NCBI GenBank assembly: GCA_016618085.1
Contig: JABLTG010000111.1
Coordinates: 1 to 64,000 of the forward strand
From: Neovahlkampfia damariscottae
Taxonomy: Eukaryota
Length of the DNA stretch: 64,000 bases
Direction of reading: 5' to 3'
Part shown: piece after piece, positions 1-10,955 of the stretch
Layout: each line of letters begins with the position of its first letter
Numbering within the stretch: the stretch's first letter is position 1
Notes under the pieces: model-generated
Seen by the model: only the letters and a program-made list of their open reading frames with translations
Databases searched by the model: none
What the model was told of the DNA's origin: nothing
Made by a program: the position numbers and the translations under genes

Positions 1-360
1 AAAAATACTTCATTGGTCTCATTTTCAATTTCGTCAAACACTAAAACATCTTGCTCAAAAAGATTCTGTTCAAGTACATGAAGTTTCAGAACATTATACC
101 AGTTGTACATGTGGATCATGTGGAAAAATAGATTGGAAACTTGGAAAAAAAGATTATTTCAATTGTAAATATTGTAATTTTTCTCTTCCAAGAGATTATA
201 ATGGAGCAAGAAATATATTTCTGATGAATATACAAAATTTTATTGGAAATCCAAAAACTGTCAGTACTGCTGGCGACGGTCCTATCCCGAAAGAAACCTT
301 GATTTTAATGTCTGGTCTGATTAATCAGAATGAACGGAAAAGTCAGTTTTAAGATAGCGG
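1..360 (+). mobile_element. Right end of an IS607-like Fanzor2 element
   Basis: The Fanzor ORF is followed 8 nt later by a GG at 359-360, after which an unrelated coding frame starts abruptly. IS607-family ends are at GG dinucleotides. Confidence 0.55.
2..352 (+). CDS. Fanzor2/TnpB-like RNA-guided endonuclease, C-terminal part (5'-truncated by window edge)
   Basis: Manual translation of frame +2, absent from the ORF track: KILHWSHFQFRQTLKHLAQKDSVQVHEVSEHYTSCTCGSCGKIDWKLGKKDYFNCKYCNFSLPRDYNGARNIFLMN...KSQF*. It shows the WSH.QF helix, the E.YTS..C..CG / F.C..C zinc ribbon and the RD.NGA.NI RuvC-III motif typical of TnpB/Fanzor. Confidence 0.9.
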   Translation, partial: KILHWSHFQFRQTLKHLAQKDSVQVHEVSEHYTSCTCGSCGKIDWKLGKKDYFNCKYCNFSLPRDYNGARNIFLMNIQNFIGNPKTVSTAGDGPIPKETLILMSGLINQNERKSQF

Positions 361-380
361 TATGGACATGAATTTGAAGT
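250..380 (+). ncRNA. Candidate omegaRNA (scaffold about 250-360, guide about 361-380) overlapping the Fanzor ORF 3' end
   Basis: Locally GC-richer stretch with complementary segments AAAACTG 254-260 / CAGTTTT 344-350 and CTATC 282-286 / GATAG 353-357, plus a perfect palindrome TCTGATTAATCAGA at 316-329. It ends ...GATAGCGG(360). The position matches known TnpB/Fanzor omegaRNA layout; boundaries are inferred. Confidence 0.55.
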
Positions 381-586
381 ATTGATATGCGGAAAATGTG
401 GAAGTAAATATCTTGAAAAAAAATACACTTGAATCTTGTAGATGGCATTCTGGATCCACACTCTCAGTTCAAGTGAATTATGACACATATGAAGATATTT
501 ATCAATGTTGCAACCAAATTAAAGGGGAAGACAAAGGATGTCGATCAGCAAAGCATCACCAATCAAAAAAAAGGAAACATAAATAA
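361..586 (+). pseudogene. 3' part of a Cys/His zinc-finger protein gene, probably interrupted by the Fanzor element
   Basis: YGHEFEVLICGKCGSKYLEKK, then a frameshift in the A8 run at 416-423, then NTLESCRWHSG...YQCC...KGCRSAKHH. This gives a CxxC...CxxHxG...CC...GC...H pattern with no start codon of its own. Confidence 0.5.
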
Positions 587-592
587 TATATT

Positions 593-2083
593 TTACTCTT
601 TAAAAATATCTTTCACTTTATCAATTGTTCCATTATTTGTTTGTGGATTGATTTTCAAAACATTTGCAATAACATTGTATAGCTGAATATTTTCGAATGA
701 TTTCATTGTAAAATTGCTCTTAAATGAAGGTCCATTTGCAATAAAAACTCCTTGCATATCCATTTCTTCATTATCATACCCATGATCTCCTTTGAATTCA
801 TATTGATTGCCTTCATCATGAACACCTAATGTATAACCTAATTTAGCATAACAGAAAATATCAGCGACTCTTTCATTGTTTTTCATGTGGTATCTTTCTG
901 GAATTTCATGTTTCAAATGACAGTTTAATTTTTCATCTTCTCTCAAGAGGTTGATGATTTGCATTGTTTCATTTTTATTTTTAGGTTGTATATTGGCAGT
1001 AACTGTTCCATTGAATTTTAACCATTCATAAACATGTACTCTTTCCAAGAAATTTGGCACTAAATCATCTAAATGAATAATTGTAGCTCTAGTAGCATTT
1101 GAAGATCCATGATCAGAAACAATCATCACATCAACGAAATTTTCGAGTTTTTTTTCTTTAATTTCTTCTAATATTTTCTTTATCATATCATCTATTTCTT
1201 TAATTTTTGATGGAATGTTGATGGAATCTGGTCCTTCTTTATGTTGTAATTTGTCCAATGATTCCACATAAGCCATGATTAATTTCGGTTCAAATCCAAA
1301 TGGTTGATCTAAGTACTCAATAGCTTTATTAATACGATCTGAGTCTGTTGACTTTGGATCATAGCCATCCAAGTAAAATGGTTTTCTATTTTTGAATGTA
1401 ACTTCAGCTCCTATCCATTGGATAATTGCAGATTTGATGTTTTGTAATTCAGCTGTAATCCAAATAGGTTCACCTGACCACCAGTAATTGTTGAGATAAG
1501 TTTTATTTGAAAGCGTGAAATGCTCTTGTCTTGATGAATCATACATCTTTTTTTGAAAATTTAACACAAGAAAATTTGAACTTACAATATTTCCAACAAT
1601 ATTATTTGATTCTGGATATAAACCTGTGGCAATAGAATAATGATTTACAACAGTTAAACTTGGAAAACAAGGCTTTAAAAATTCTGCTGAAACTCCAGTT
1701 GATATCAATGAATTAATTGTCGGTGAATTTTCTTTATATTTTTGTGGATAATCCCATCTATACCCATCTATTGAAATAACAATTAATCTTTTTGGTGTTT
1801 GTGCTGAACAAATTATTTAATTTTTTTTTTTTTTGTTTTACGAAAGTAGTAATTAAGTCCGAATAACAAACCTCCAAAAAGAACGTAGAATATAATTAAA
1901 AATCCTATAATACAAATTGGAAGAATGCATCTTTTGAAAATTGAGCCTGCTTTTGATTGCTTTTTTGCATCTGGATTTAACAATCCTGTTATTTCGTCAT
2001 TATCATGATGATACAGATCTTTTTTTTGAAGTCAGGGTTTAAAAAACGAGAATATTACCTATAGCAGCTTCACTTTCATTCAT
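593..2083 (-). CDS. Ectonucleotide pyrophosphatase/phosphodiesterase, type II membrane protein
   Basis: Motifs ISIDGYRWDY, FPSLTVVNHYSIATGLYPE, VSDHG and GDHGYDN. Upstream exons (MNESEAAID..., N-terminal TM helix) are joined through micro-introns near 2020-2058 and 1807-1841, with an in-frame intron near 1548-1586. Confidence 0.9.
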
Positions 2084-2235
2084 TCTTTGTTTGCAACTCC
2101 GAGGAAACTTTTGGAAGGTTGAGAATTCGACCAATTGAATAATGAGTATGACTTTTAGAAAGAAAAAAAGAAGGAAGTAAATTTTGAGTTATACCTCTTT
2201 ATTTTGAAAAATTTGTAAATGCACCTATTTGTTGG

Positions 2236-3055
2236 TTATTTGCTGTATCTTTGTTCTTTTTTTCCGATGATGCGAACATGTTCATGTTCCTCCAACATTC
2301 GACCAAAATCTTCTGTTGAATAGATAAATCGATGATAATTTTCAGCTTTAATCAAATTTTGTATTTCAAATTCTACGGTATTGAACAGTGATTTCGTAGG
2401 GTTGTTTAATTTTTCATGGATTTCACGTTTTTGTTTTTCGGATAAATTGACTTCACTGACAGAACCTAATTCTAAAAATGTGTGATAGATTTCTTCAGAT
2501 TTCTTCATTCTTTCTTCAGTCGTTGTTAATTGTTTATAGTCGATAATCGCTTCATAAAAGTCAACATTTTCAGCGCAAAATGATTTTTCTGAACTTTCTT
2601 TTAAATAAACTCTTAGTTTTGGATATTTCAACATGTGGTTCAAACTGTACTTTTTTAAGTACTCTTGAGAAAAGTTAAATTTTTTTTTTTGGATTACTGG
2701 GAAAATCTTTGACAGCAATTTCTTTTTTATTATTTGGATTTTGTGAGGCATGAATCAAATTTCTAAAAGAAAAAGATTTTTGTTTGTGATTTATCGTTTC
2801 TTCAAAATTTGAGAAAAAAAAATGATTACTGTCAAGTTCGTCTTGTTCTTCGAACTCTCCAAGAAATTCTGAAAATGTGTCATCATTTGTGACAATTTCT
2901 GATTTTACAGATTCGGTTTGTAATTTTTTTTTTGTTTCTGTTAAATTTAATGTCAAAAAATATGTTTTACCATGTTGATATTCATATTCACCCATGAACT
3001 CGTCTATTCCAAGATCATCTTTCTTTTGATGTTTCTTTCCAAGGAATGGTTTCAT
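2236..3055 (-). CDS. RGS domain protein
   Basis: Motifs SFCAENVDFYEAI, IYHTFL..GS..EVNLS and YHRF. The two track ORFs join through a frameshift in the T-run near 2680-2690. Confidence 0.8.
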
Positions 3056-3325
3056 TCTTCAATAATTTTCCGAACCTTTTTAATTTTCCTAATTAATTGA
3101 CCAATCATTTCTTTGATTGATTTGGATTTTGCTGAATTCAGTATTTTGTTGTCTGCACAGATTTGGAGAAAAAAAAACCACCACTATTTATTGCCAAATT
3201 GGGACCAAGCTTCAAAAATGTGTTGTTCAATTTGATTGTTGAAGAATTTCTTTCATTTCTCTGATTGAAGTTTCCAATCTTCAGACTATAAATTAAAAGA
3301 AAATTGAACATGACAGACATCACAC

Positions 3326-4738
3326 ATGACCAAAGATAATTTAGAAAACAAATTAGACGGTCTGGAATACTTTGAAAAACGAAATTCAGAAAAAAGTTGG
3401 TATGAAGAGTTCATACTGTACAAATATTTCATTTTGTTGAAAAAATATCCAGGTTTTAGATACCTTTGGATAGGTTCTATTATTAGTATATTCGGAGATT
3501 TTTTCACATACCTGAGTTGTGTTGAAATCTTGAACACTTATTCGTCAGATTCAAATTCACTTTTAATATCTATTTACATTTTGTGTGAAATGTTACCATC
3601 GACATTAGTAACGGGATTATCTGGAACAATTGCTGATACTTTTGACAGAAGAAAAATTATGTTCATATGTGATGTTTTACGTTCAATTTTTGCATTGATA
3701 TATCTCTGGGTTGATTCAACTGAAAAAATATGGATTTTGTATTTAATCACTTCACTTCAATCAATTTGTGGTGGATTTTTCGGCCCATCAAGATCTGCTT
3801 TGCTTCCAAATACCATTTTGGATTCAGATGATTTAATCATTTCCAATTCGTTGAATGGTTCAGTTTTCCCAATTGCTTGCTCTTTTGGAAGTGGTTTAGG
3901 AGGTTTGTTTCTCACATTTTTTGGTACAAATTTCTGCTTTTTGATGGATTCGTTCAGTTACATTTTGAGTTCTCTCTGTATTTTAATGTTATTCAAATTG
4001 GATGTCAAAGACAAAAAAGAATCAAAATCTGAATCAAAATCAGAATGTTCAACGAATTTATGTACCAAAATATGGCAATTTTTCAAGATGAACTTCGAAA
4101 TTTTTTCATATTTTTATGATAATTTGGACACATTCATCATAGCACTTTCAAAACCATTTGCAGGTATAACATTTGGTGCTTTAGAGATTCTACATTTAAT
4201 ATACATGGAAAACAACGGTAAAATACTAAATAATTCTTCAATTTCAATTGGATTATATTACTTAGTAATGGGTATTGCTTCATTCTTTGCTCCAATGATC
4301 GTAACAAAATACTGCAAACAAATCAAACGATATATGAATATTTGGATATGTTTTGGGTTTTTAATTCAATTTCTTGGCAATTTTATATCATCATTTTCAT
4401 TTCATTTTTTGTGGGTGATGTTTTTTGGTGCTGTTATTCGTCCAATTGGTGAATCATTTATTTTTACTCTTAGCTTGACTTATTTACAAAGATCAGTTTC
4501 AGATTCGATTAGAGGACGTATCTTTTCATTTTCAAGATCTTCTTGGGCTGTGTTCAAATCGATAACCTCTGTTTCTATTGGATTATTATCAAAATATGGA
4601 AAAATGTCGAATCAATCTCTAATGTATATATTTTCAATCAATAATGGATTGATTTTTTTAATGTTTTGTATATATTTGATCATTTTTTCAAAACTTGAAA
4701 ATACAAATAGATTATCGAGTGAATGGATTGATGAATAA
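3326..4738 (+). CDS. Major facilitator superfamily transporter (H+ antiporter-like)
   Basis: About 12 hydrophobic segments, GTIADTFDRRK motif A, and RGRIFS. Confidence 0.9.
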   Translation: MTKDNLENKLDGLEYFEKRNSEKSWYEEFILYKYFILLKKYPGFRYLWIGSIISIFGDFFTYLSCVEILNTYSSDSNSLLISIYILCEMLPSTLVTGLSGTIADTFDRRKIMFICDVLRSIFALIYLWVDSTEKIWILYLITSLQSICGGFFGPSRSALLPNTILDSDDLIISNSLNGSVFPIACSFGSGLGGLFLTFFGTNFCFLMDSFSYILSSLCILMLFKLDVKDKKESKSESKSECSTNLCTKIWQFFKMNFEIFSYFYDNLDTFIIALSKPFAGITFGALEILHLIYMENNGKILNNSSISIGLYYLVMGIASFFAPMIVTKYCKQIKRYMNIWICFGFLIQFLGNFISSFSFHFLWVMFFGAVIRPIGESFIFTLSLTYLQRSVSDSIRGRIFSFSRSSWAVFKSITSVSIGLLSKYGKMSNQSLMYIFSINNGLIFLMFCIYLIIFSKLENTNRLSSEWIDE

Positions 4739-4878
4739 AATCACAATTTTTTTTTTTGTTTTCCAACTCTATGTGATTATTTTTGGTCTGTGAAAAAACT
4801 TTCACTTTGAAAGTTTGTTGAAGTTAAACCAACAACTTTTTTGATTGGACAACCAAAACAAACATTTTTTTATTGAAC

Positions 4879-6494
4879 ATGAAGAAAGTGAAAAATTTTT
4901 ACAAGTTATCATCACAATTTCGGCAACTTTCGACTAAAACACCAAAAACACAGGTATTACCAAAAATAAAAGAAAGAGTGAAAAAACAACTCTATACTGA
5001 AGATGAATTACCAAAAATAACATTAAGCAAATTGCCAGATATTCATGATATAATCACTGGAAATTCTCAATGTATAGGATGTGGAAGTTTATTTCAAAAT
5101 GATGATGAACAATTACCTGGTTTTATTCATGAAGAAGCAATTGAATCTTATCGTAAAAAAAAAGAAACAGAGTTGAAAGTGAAAGAAATTTTAAAACAAC
5201 AACAAGATATTATAAAAAGAAGAGTATCTTGTTTTTTCATTTTTAATTGTTAATCTTTCAGGAACAAGACACAAACAACACCGAAAAAGATTTGGTTTTG
5301 GATTACAATGATTTGAGAGATTATGAAAGAGCAATATCGGACAAACCTTTAGTATGTCTTAGATGTCATCAATTATCATCATATGGTAAGATGATTAGTT
5401 GTGATATTAGTGCAGATGATTTTTATTCTTCTCTTGAAAAATTGAAAGATAAAAAGGTGTTAATTGTAAAAATCATTGATTTATTTGATGTTGAAGGTTC
5501 ATTTATACCTAGATTCAATGAATTAGTGGGTGATAATCCAATTTTGTTAATTGGAAATAAAGTCGATTTGCTACCAAAAAATGTTGTTTACCCAAGAGTC
5601 GAAACTTGGTTGAAAGAAGTGGCAAAATCTTTCAAGTTACACAATATAAAATCAATTCATTTGGTCAGTGGTGCAAAGGGAATTAATATAAAGAGTTTTG
5701 GAGCAAAGCTTGAAAAATTTCGTCATTTCCGAGATGTATATATTGTTGGGAGATCTAACGTCGGAAAATCAACTTTAATCAATCGATTGATTTCTGCGTT
5801 TCATATAACAGAAGAAAAACCTGAAGATTATGAAAATAGACCACACATCAAAGCAATAAGGAGATTAACAGAATCATCATTGCCAGGAACAACTTTGAAA
5901 ACAATGTCATTTAGAATTGGAAAAGGATACAAGAAAGCATCATCATACTTATTTGATACACCAGGTGTAATGAATCCAAATTTAGCATCTAACTATTTAT
6001 CACCTTCTGAATGGAAATTTGCGTATCCTGCAAAGAAAATTGTTGCAAAGCATTATCGAATGAAACCTGGAAGAACTTTATTCATTGGTGGAATGTTTAG
6101 GATAGATTTTGTGTCAAATAACATTCGAGAAGATTGGCAAAGGATTATGGTTTCCTTGTTCGTTTCAACTTATATCCCAATTCATACAACAAAGACTGAA
6201 AAAGCTGATGAAATTTACAAATCCGGACTTGGTAGATTTTTGTATCCTCCACAACCAGAAAATGAAAATTTAACTCCAATGGTTTTTAAGAAATCGTTTA
6301 GATTCACAGGAGTCACCAGAAAAATCAGTTTTAGAGACATTTGTATTTCAGGAATGGGTTGGATTTCTTTGACTGGTGTAGGAGATATGGAATTTCATGT
6401 GTATGCACCAGAGAAAATAGATGTTTATGATAGAGCTCCTTTAATGCCAAACGAAGTGGTTGATATTAAAAAAACGGAATTTAGAGATGCTTGA
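4879..6494 (+). CDS. NOA1: NOA1/YqeH circularly permuted GTPase, probably mitochondrial
   Basis: CIGCG...CLRC zinc finger, then NKVD, GRSNVGKST, PGTT and DTPG in permuted order. Intron 5224-5261. Confidence 0.88.
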
Positions 6495-6954
6495 GATGAA
6501 AAACAATAAAAATTCTTAATTGATATTTTGAACCTTTTTTTCTTCCTCTGTTAATTGATTCTGTTTCCCTTTTTTTTTTTTTTTTTTTTGACAAGCTCCA
6601 TATTTTGGAAGCTTCCAAAAGGTTTTACCAAAATGGTAATTTTTCTTTTGGATTAAGAAGTTTCAAAGATTGAAGAAATAAAAATTTATTGTAAAAAATA
6701 TGAATAAGTCTCAGTCACTCTGTTTCACCTCTAAAAGGCAGTAATTCCTCAGTCAACTCTTCGAATATTGACACAGAAATGATTGATAATTTCATCAGTA
6801 TTTCTTTACCTGCAGACTCTTTTATGTATTAAAACGTCAACATTAAATCCAAACTTTTCATTCGTTCACAATATCCAATGGTTAAATTTAGGTCAAATTG
6901 ACCAATAGCAATATTTTATTCTACAAACTCAAACAACTATACTGCAACGACTAA

Positions 6955-8197
6955 ATGGGTAATTGTGTCACTCCAAAAGACCAAGAAGGAGGCGAAAATA
7001 ACAAAGGATTGAAATTAATACCTGAAAAAGATTTAAAATTATTACTTTTAGGTGCTGGTGAAAGTGGCAAAAGTAAAAAAAAAATATAACTTAAAATCAA
7101 ATACAGGTACAATTTTCAAACAAATTAAACTTCAAAATAACAAATCATATGATGATGAAGATTATGAACAATATACAACAGCTGTTCGTTTGAACATTAT
7201 AATTTCAATGAAAGCACTTATTGGAGCAACTGCTGCTTTACAAGTTGAAATTAAAGACGAAAAAAATAAAAAAATGGCCTCTAAGATACAAAGCTGGGAA
7301 GAGGATTCATTAGACGAAAAGATTAGAGAAATAGATGATGAATTTGGTATTGCTCTTAAAGCACTATGGGAAGATCATGCTATTCAAAATGTTTTGGAAC
7401 AAAGAGCAAAATATCAATTACTTGATTCAACTGAATAGTAACCGCAATGAAAAATCTGAACTTTTTAGTTTCTTTGAACATTTGCCAAGAATTTGTAAAG
7501 AAGATTACCGAGCTTCAAATGAAGATATTCTTCGTTGTAGAGTTAAAACTATTGGAATATGCAATGTTGAATTCAAAGAAGAAGATATAAAATTTAAAGT
7601 CTATGACGTTGGTGGACAAAGAAATGAAAGAAGAAAATGGTTTGTTATAAAAAAAAACATAACATTTTTTGAAGGATTCATTGTTTTGACAATGTCAACG
7701 CTATTGTATTTGTTGTGTCTTTAAGCGAATATGATTTAACATGTTACGAAGATGGAACTACTCCAAGGTAAAGAAAACAATCTTTTTTTAACACAAACAG
7801 AATGGACGAGTCACTTGGTTTATTTGAAAACATTTGTGAAAACAGTATATTTTCTGACACTCCGATTATATTATTCTTCAATAAAAATGACTTGTTCAAG
7901 TCAAAAATTGAAAAAATAGATTTAAGCGTTTGGGATAAAGATTATGTAGGTAAGATTTTGAATCAAAAAAAAAAAAATTTATTCTTTTTTAAAATAGGTG
8001 GTTGTGATTATGATAAAGCATTAAAACATATCAGAGATAAATTCCTTGCTTTGAATACAGTACCTGATAGAAGAATTGAAGTTTTTGTTTGCACGACAAC
8101 TGAAGCAAATACATTTAAACAAGTATTTGATCAAGTAAAAGGAACAGCTATGGAACTTTTAATGGCAAGTTTATCACCAAAAAAAAATTCATTTTGA
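6955..8197 (+). CDS. Heterotrimeric G protein alpha subunit
   Basis: MGNC myristoylation/palmitoylation start, GAGESGKST (split by intron 7073-7106), [16 protein letters not shown] and FFNKND. Five micro-introns. Confidence 0.95.
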
Positions 8198-8218
8198 TTT
8201 TTTTTTTTTTTTTCTTTT

Positions 8219-8743
8219 TCACTTTTCAAGTTTTCTTTTCACTTTGACAATTCGAAAAGTGGTCTCTCCTATTTCCATACTTTCATTAAATAATGGTAAT
8301 CCTTTTCCTGCAGTGAATCCTAAACCCATGGACAAACAACCATCTTCAATTTTAATTTGTTTTTTTTTCAAAACTTCTATTAATTCTTTTTTTGTTTTGA
8401 ACTCGATGATAGTTGATGGATATGTATCCGTTTTCTTTTTTCCATTTAAATATTTTTCCGAATAAATTAAACCAGCTTCTCCTTCAACAATTGTTTGATA
8501 AGGTTGAGTATCAGGAAGTTGATTATTTTGTAACAAGAACATAAGTTCATTATCTCCTAAAGGTCTATATACTAACGTTTCGTCATCTTTTAATTCTTTT
8601 GTTGCTTCAGATTCCAACCAAACTGAAGAGGAGCCTTTGTGAGTTATGTTGGTCAGTTCTCCTTTTTCAAGTAGATCTATCTCATGTTTTTTCAGCAGTT
8701 TTTTAAATTTTTTTACACTTTCCTTCTTGATATCTTTTGACAT
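8219..8743 (-). CDS. Hypothetical protein
   Basis: 174-aa ORF with globular composition and an ATTGG motif just upstream. No family recognised. Confidence 0.65.
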   Translation of the reverse strand: MSKDIKKESVKKFKKLLKKHEIDLLEKGELTNITHKGSSSVWLESEATKELKDDETLVYRPLGDNELMFLLQNNQLPDTQPYQTIVEGEAGLIYSEKYLNGKKKTDTYPSTIIEFKTKKELIEVLKKKQIKIEDGCLSMGLGFTAGKGLPLFNESMEIGETTFRIVKVKRKLEK

Positions 8744-9066
8744 TTTAATTCGTTAAAATTAGAAGATGATTGGAGGTTATTCTTTGTTGATTATTAAACT
8801 CCTATATTTTTGGTTTCATGATGATTTTCCGACAAGTGGTGTTCTTGGAACTCAAATTTCTGATTATTTTTTCTTCATACTTCATCAAAATTCCCACAAT
8901 TTGAAGTTGAATTTAGTAGAGTTTTTCAATTTTTTTTGTTTAGATTATGAATCAAAATATTTCAAATTCTTGCATCGTAGAATTATCCACCATCTGAAAA
9001 TTGAAATTTTTTCTTCTTCAATTTTGATTGAATAGATTGAATACTAATGATTGGTCAAAGTAAAAA

Positions 9067-10922
9067 ATGAAAAGTTGTTTTGTGTTGTACTGCTGAATTT
9101 CAGACAACACAAAACTTGATATTTTTATTTGTGGAAAATCTGGATGGTCAACTATCTCTTTTAGCACTTCTTCAGAACTTGATGGAATAGAATACACCTT
9201 ATTTATAAATCAAAATAATTTTTATGCCACAAATTCAACACATCCTCAAAGAATTTTTAAAGAAGATATTTTGACTTCAAATTCTTCGATTTTACCAAAA
9301 TTACACAATTCTGTCACTGGAAATTACTTTCAAATGATTAATTTTAACATTCCAAACTTTCCAAATTTTCAAAAAAACTGGCACTAGTTTGTTGACTTGT
9401 AATAACACTGAATCAGTCATCACAGTATTTGATGAATTAAGACTAAAACAACATCAAAAATTGGAAATCAAGTCAATGAAAAAAAGTAAGAATTTAATTT
9501 TTCATTCATAAAAAGCGACTTTATGCAGGAACAAAAATTTTTTATTAAGAAGCTCATTGGCTTCTAATTTTATTGAAATATACATTATCGAAATAACTAC
9601 AATTATTCTTTTAATGATGTTGACGATCTATTTAAGGAATTTTCAACCACTAAAGTCAAGAGGTGTTTTGATTCCTTTTTTAGGGCTGTTTTTCAAGCAA
9701 TAATCACAACTTCATCATTTCCATCACATATTTTATCTTTTTCACAGTATTATATTTATGCTTGTTTTGTTGATTTTTTAATCCGGTCACCATCATTGGT
9801 GGCAGCAACAGTTTTATTTCTATTGGTAAATTCAAATTATTTTTTTCAACTTTTTACAAGAATTATTTTCGTTTTTTTTTTAATTATTAATATCAATCAA
9901 AATAAGAAATTAATTCATGAAAAAGTTCACCAACAAAAAACATTTCAATTATTTCTGATCAAATGTTTGAAATATTTATCTCATGATTGTCATTTTAATT
10001 TATTCAGTTTATGCCATTACATTCATTCGTTGTTAAAAATATGATTGAAACTAGAGGTCAGTTTCAATGCTTTGAAAATCCAATTTCGATAGATCTTGTA
10101 ATCTACGCTCTGATAGGTGTTTTATTACTATTTTTCATGCTTGATATTGCATTGAATGTTAGATTGTCTAATGTCATGGAGGGATTTCTGGTATAAATAT
10201 GATCCATTTTTCATTCGTCTACAACAAGCGATTCTTGTTTTGATGATTTTTATTTGGCTCATTGGAAACATTTTAGGGATTGTTTTATTTGCTTATGCAA
10301 AAATTCCATTCCTGGAATATTTCATCCCAAATGAATATTATGTTTATGGAGATATTGTTGATATGATTTTTCAATCTTTAAATCAATATGGAAACAAACA
10401 TTTTACTTTTCTGGATTTTTGATATTCGTTACTTTGTTGAAACGAGTTCGTGATATTTATAGATTGAAACCAACCACTTCTGATTCGTTAACGAAAATAT
10501 TAAAGAAGAGAAATTTTTATGAAATTTTTAAAAAGTTCAGTGAAACAGAATGGAGTTTGGAAAACTTATTAATCTATGAAGATATTTTGAAATATGAAAA
10601 ATTGTTACCCAATGAAAGGAGAGAATTTGCGACATTAATTTATAATACTTATATGAATGGTGAAGCTTCAAAATTAGAAGTAAATCTTCCTGGAAAGATA
10701 TCTCGTGAACTGAAGGATAAAATAGATGATTTGGATGTTGAATTGAAATCTGATTTATTTGATGATATAATTTATGTCGCGAAAGATAATTTAGAAGATA
10801 CTTTTGCACGTTTTATTATTTCAGATGAATATTTGAACTTGACAAAGAAATTGGAATTCATTCGTTCAGAGGCTGATTTGAAATCAGAAGAAATTCATTC
10901 ATCAACAGAAAATATACTTTGA
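9067..10922 (+). pseudogene. Disrupted multi-pass membrane protein with C-terminal RGS domain
   Basis: Intact RGS at 10419-10922 (FSETEWSLENLLIY, EVNL, DTFARF), preceded by hydrophobic fragments in different frames and an N-terminal frame with an in-frame TGA near 9094. Confidence 0.6.
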
Positions 10923-10955
10923 ACAATTTACCAATATTTTTTAATTAAAGTTTTA

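Noticed and set aside
2675..2695. Programmed frameshifting in the RGS gene, and similarly near 420 and 27105
   Set aside because: All fall in homopolymer runs, so sequencing or assembly indels are the simpler explanation.
9067..9380. Stop-codon reassignment or selenocysteine suggested by an in-frame TGA
   Set aside because: TGA, TAA and TAG all terminate conserved genes here, and the same locus has frameshifts, so pseudogenisation fits better.
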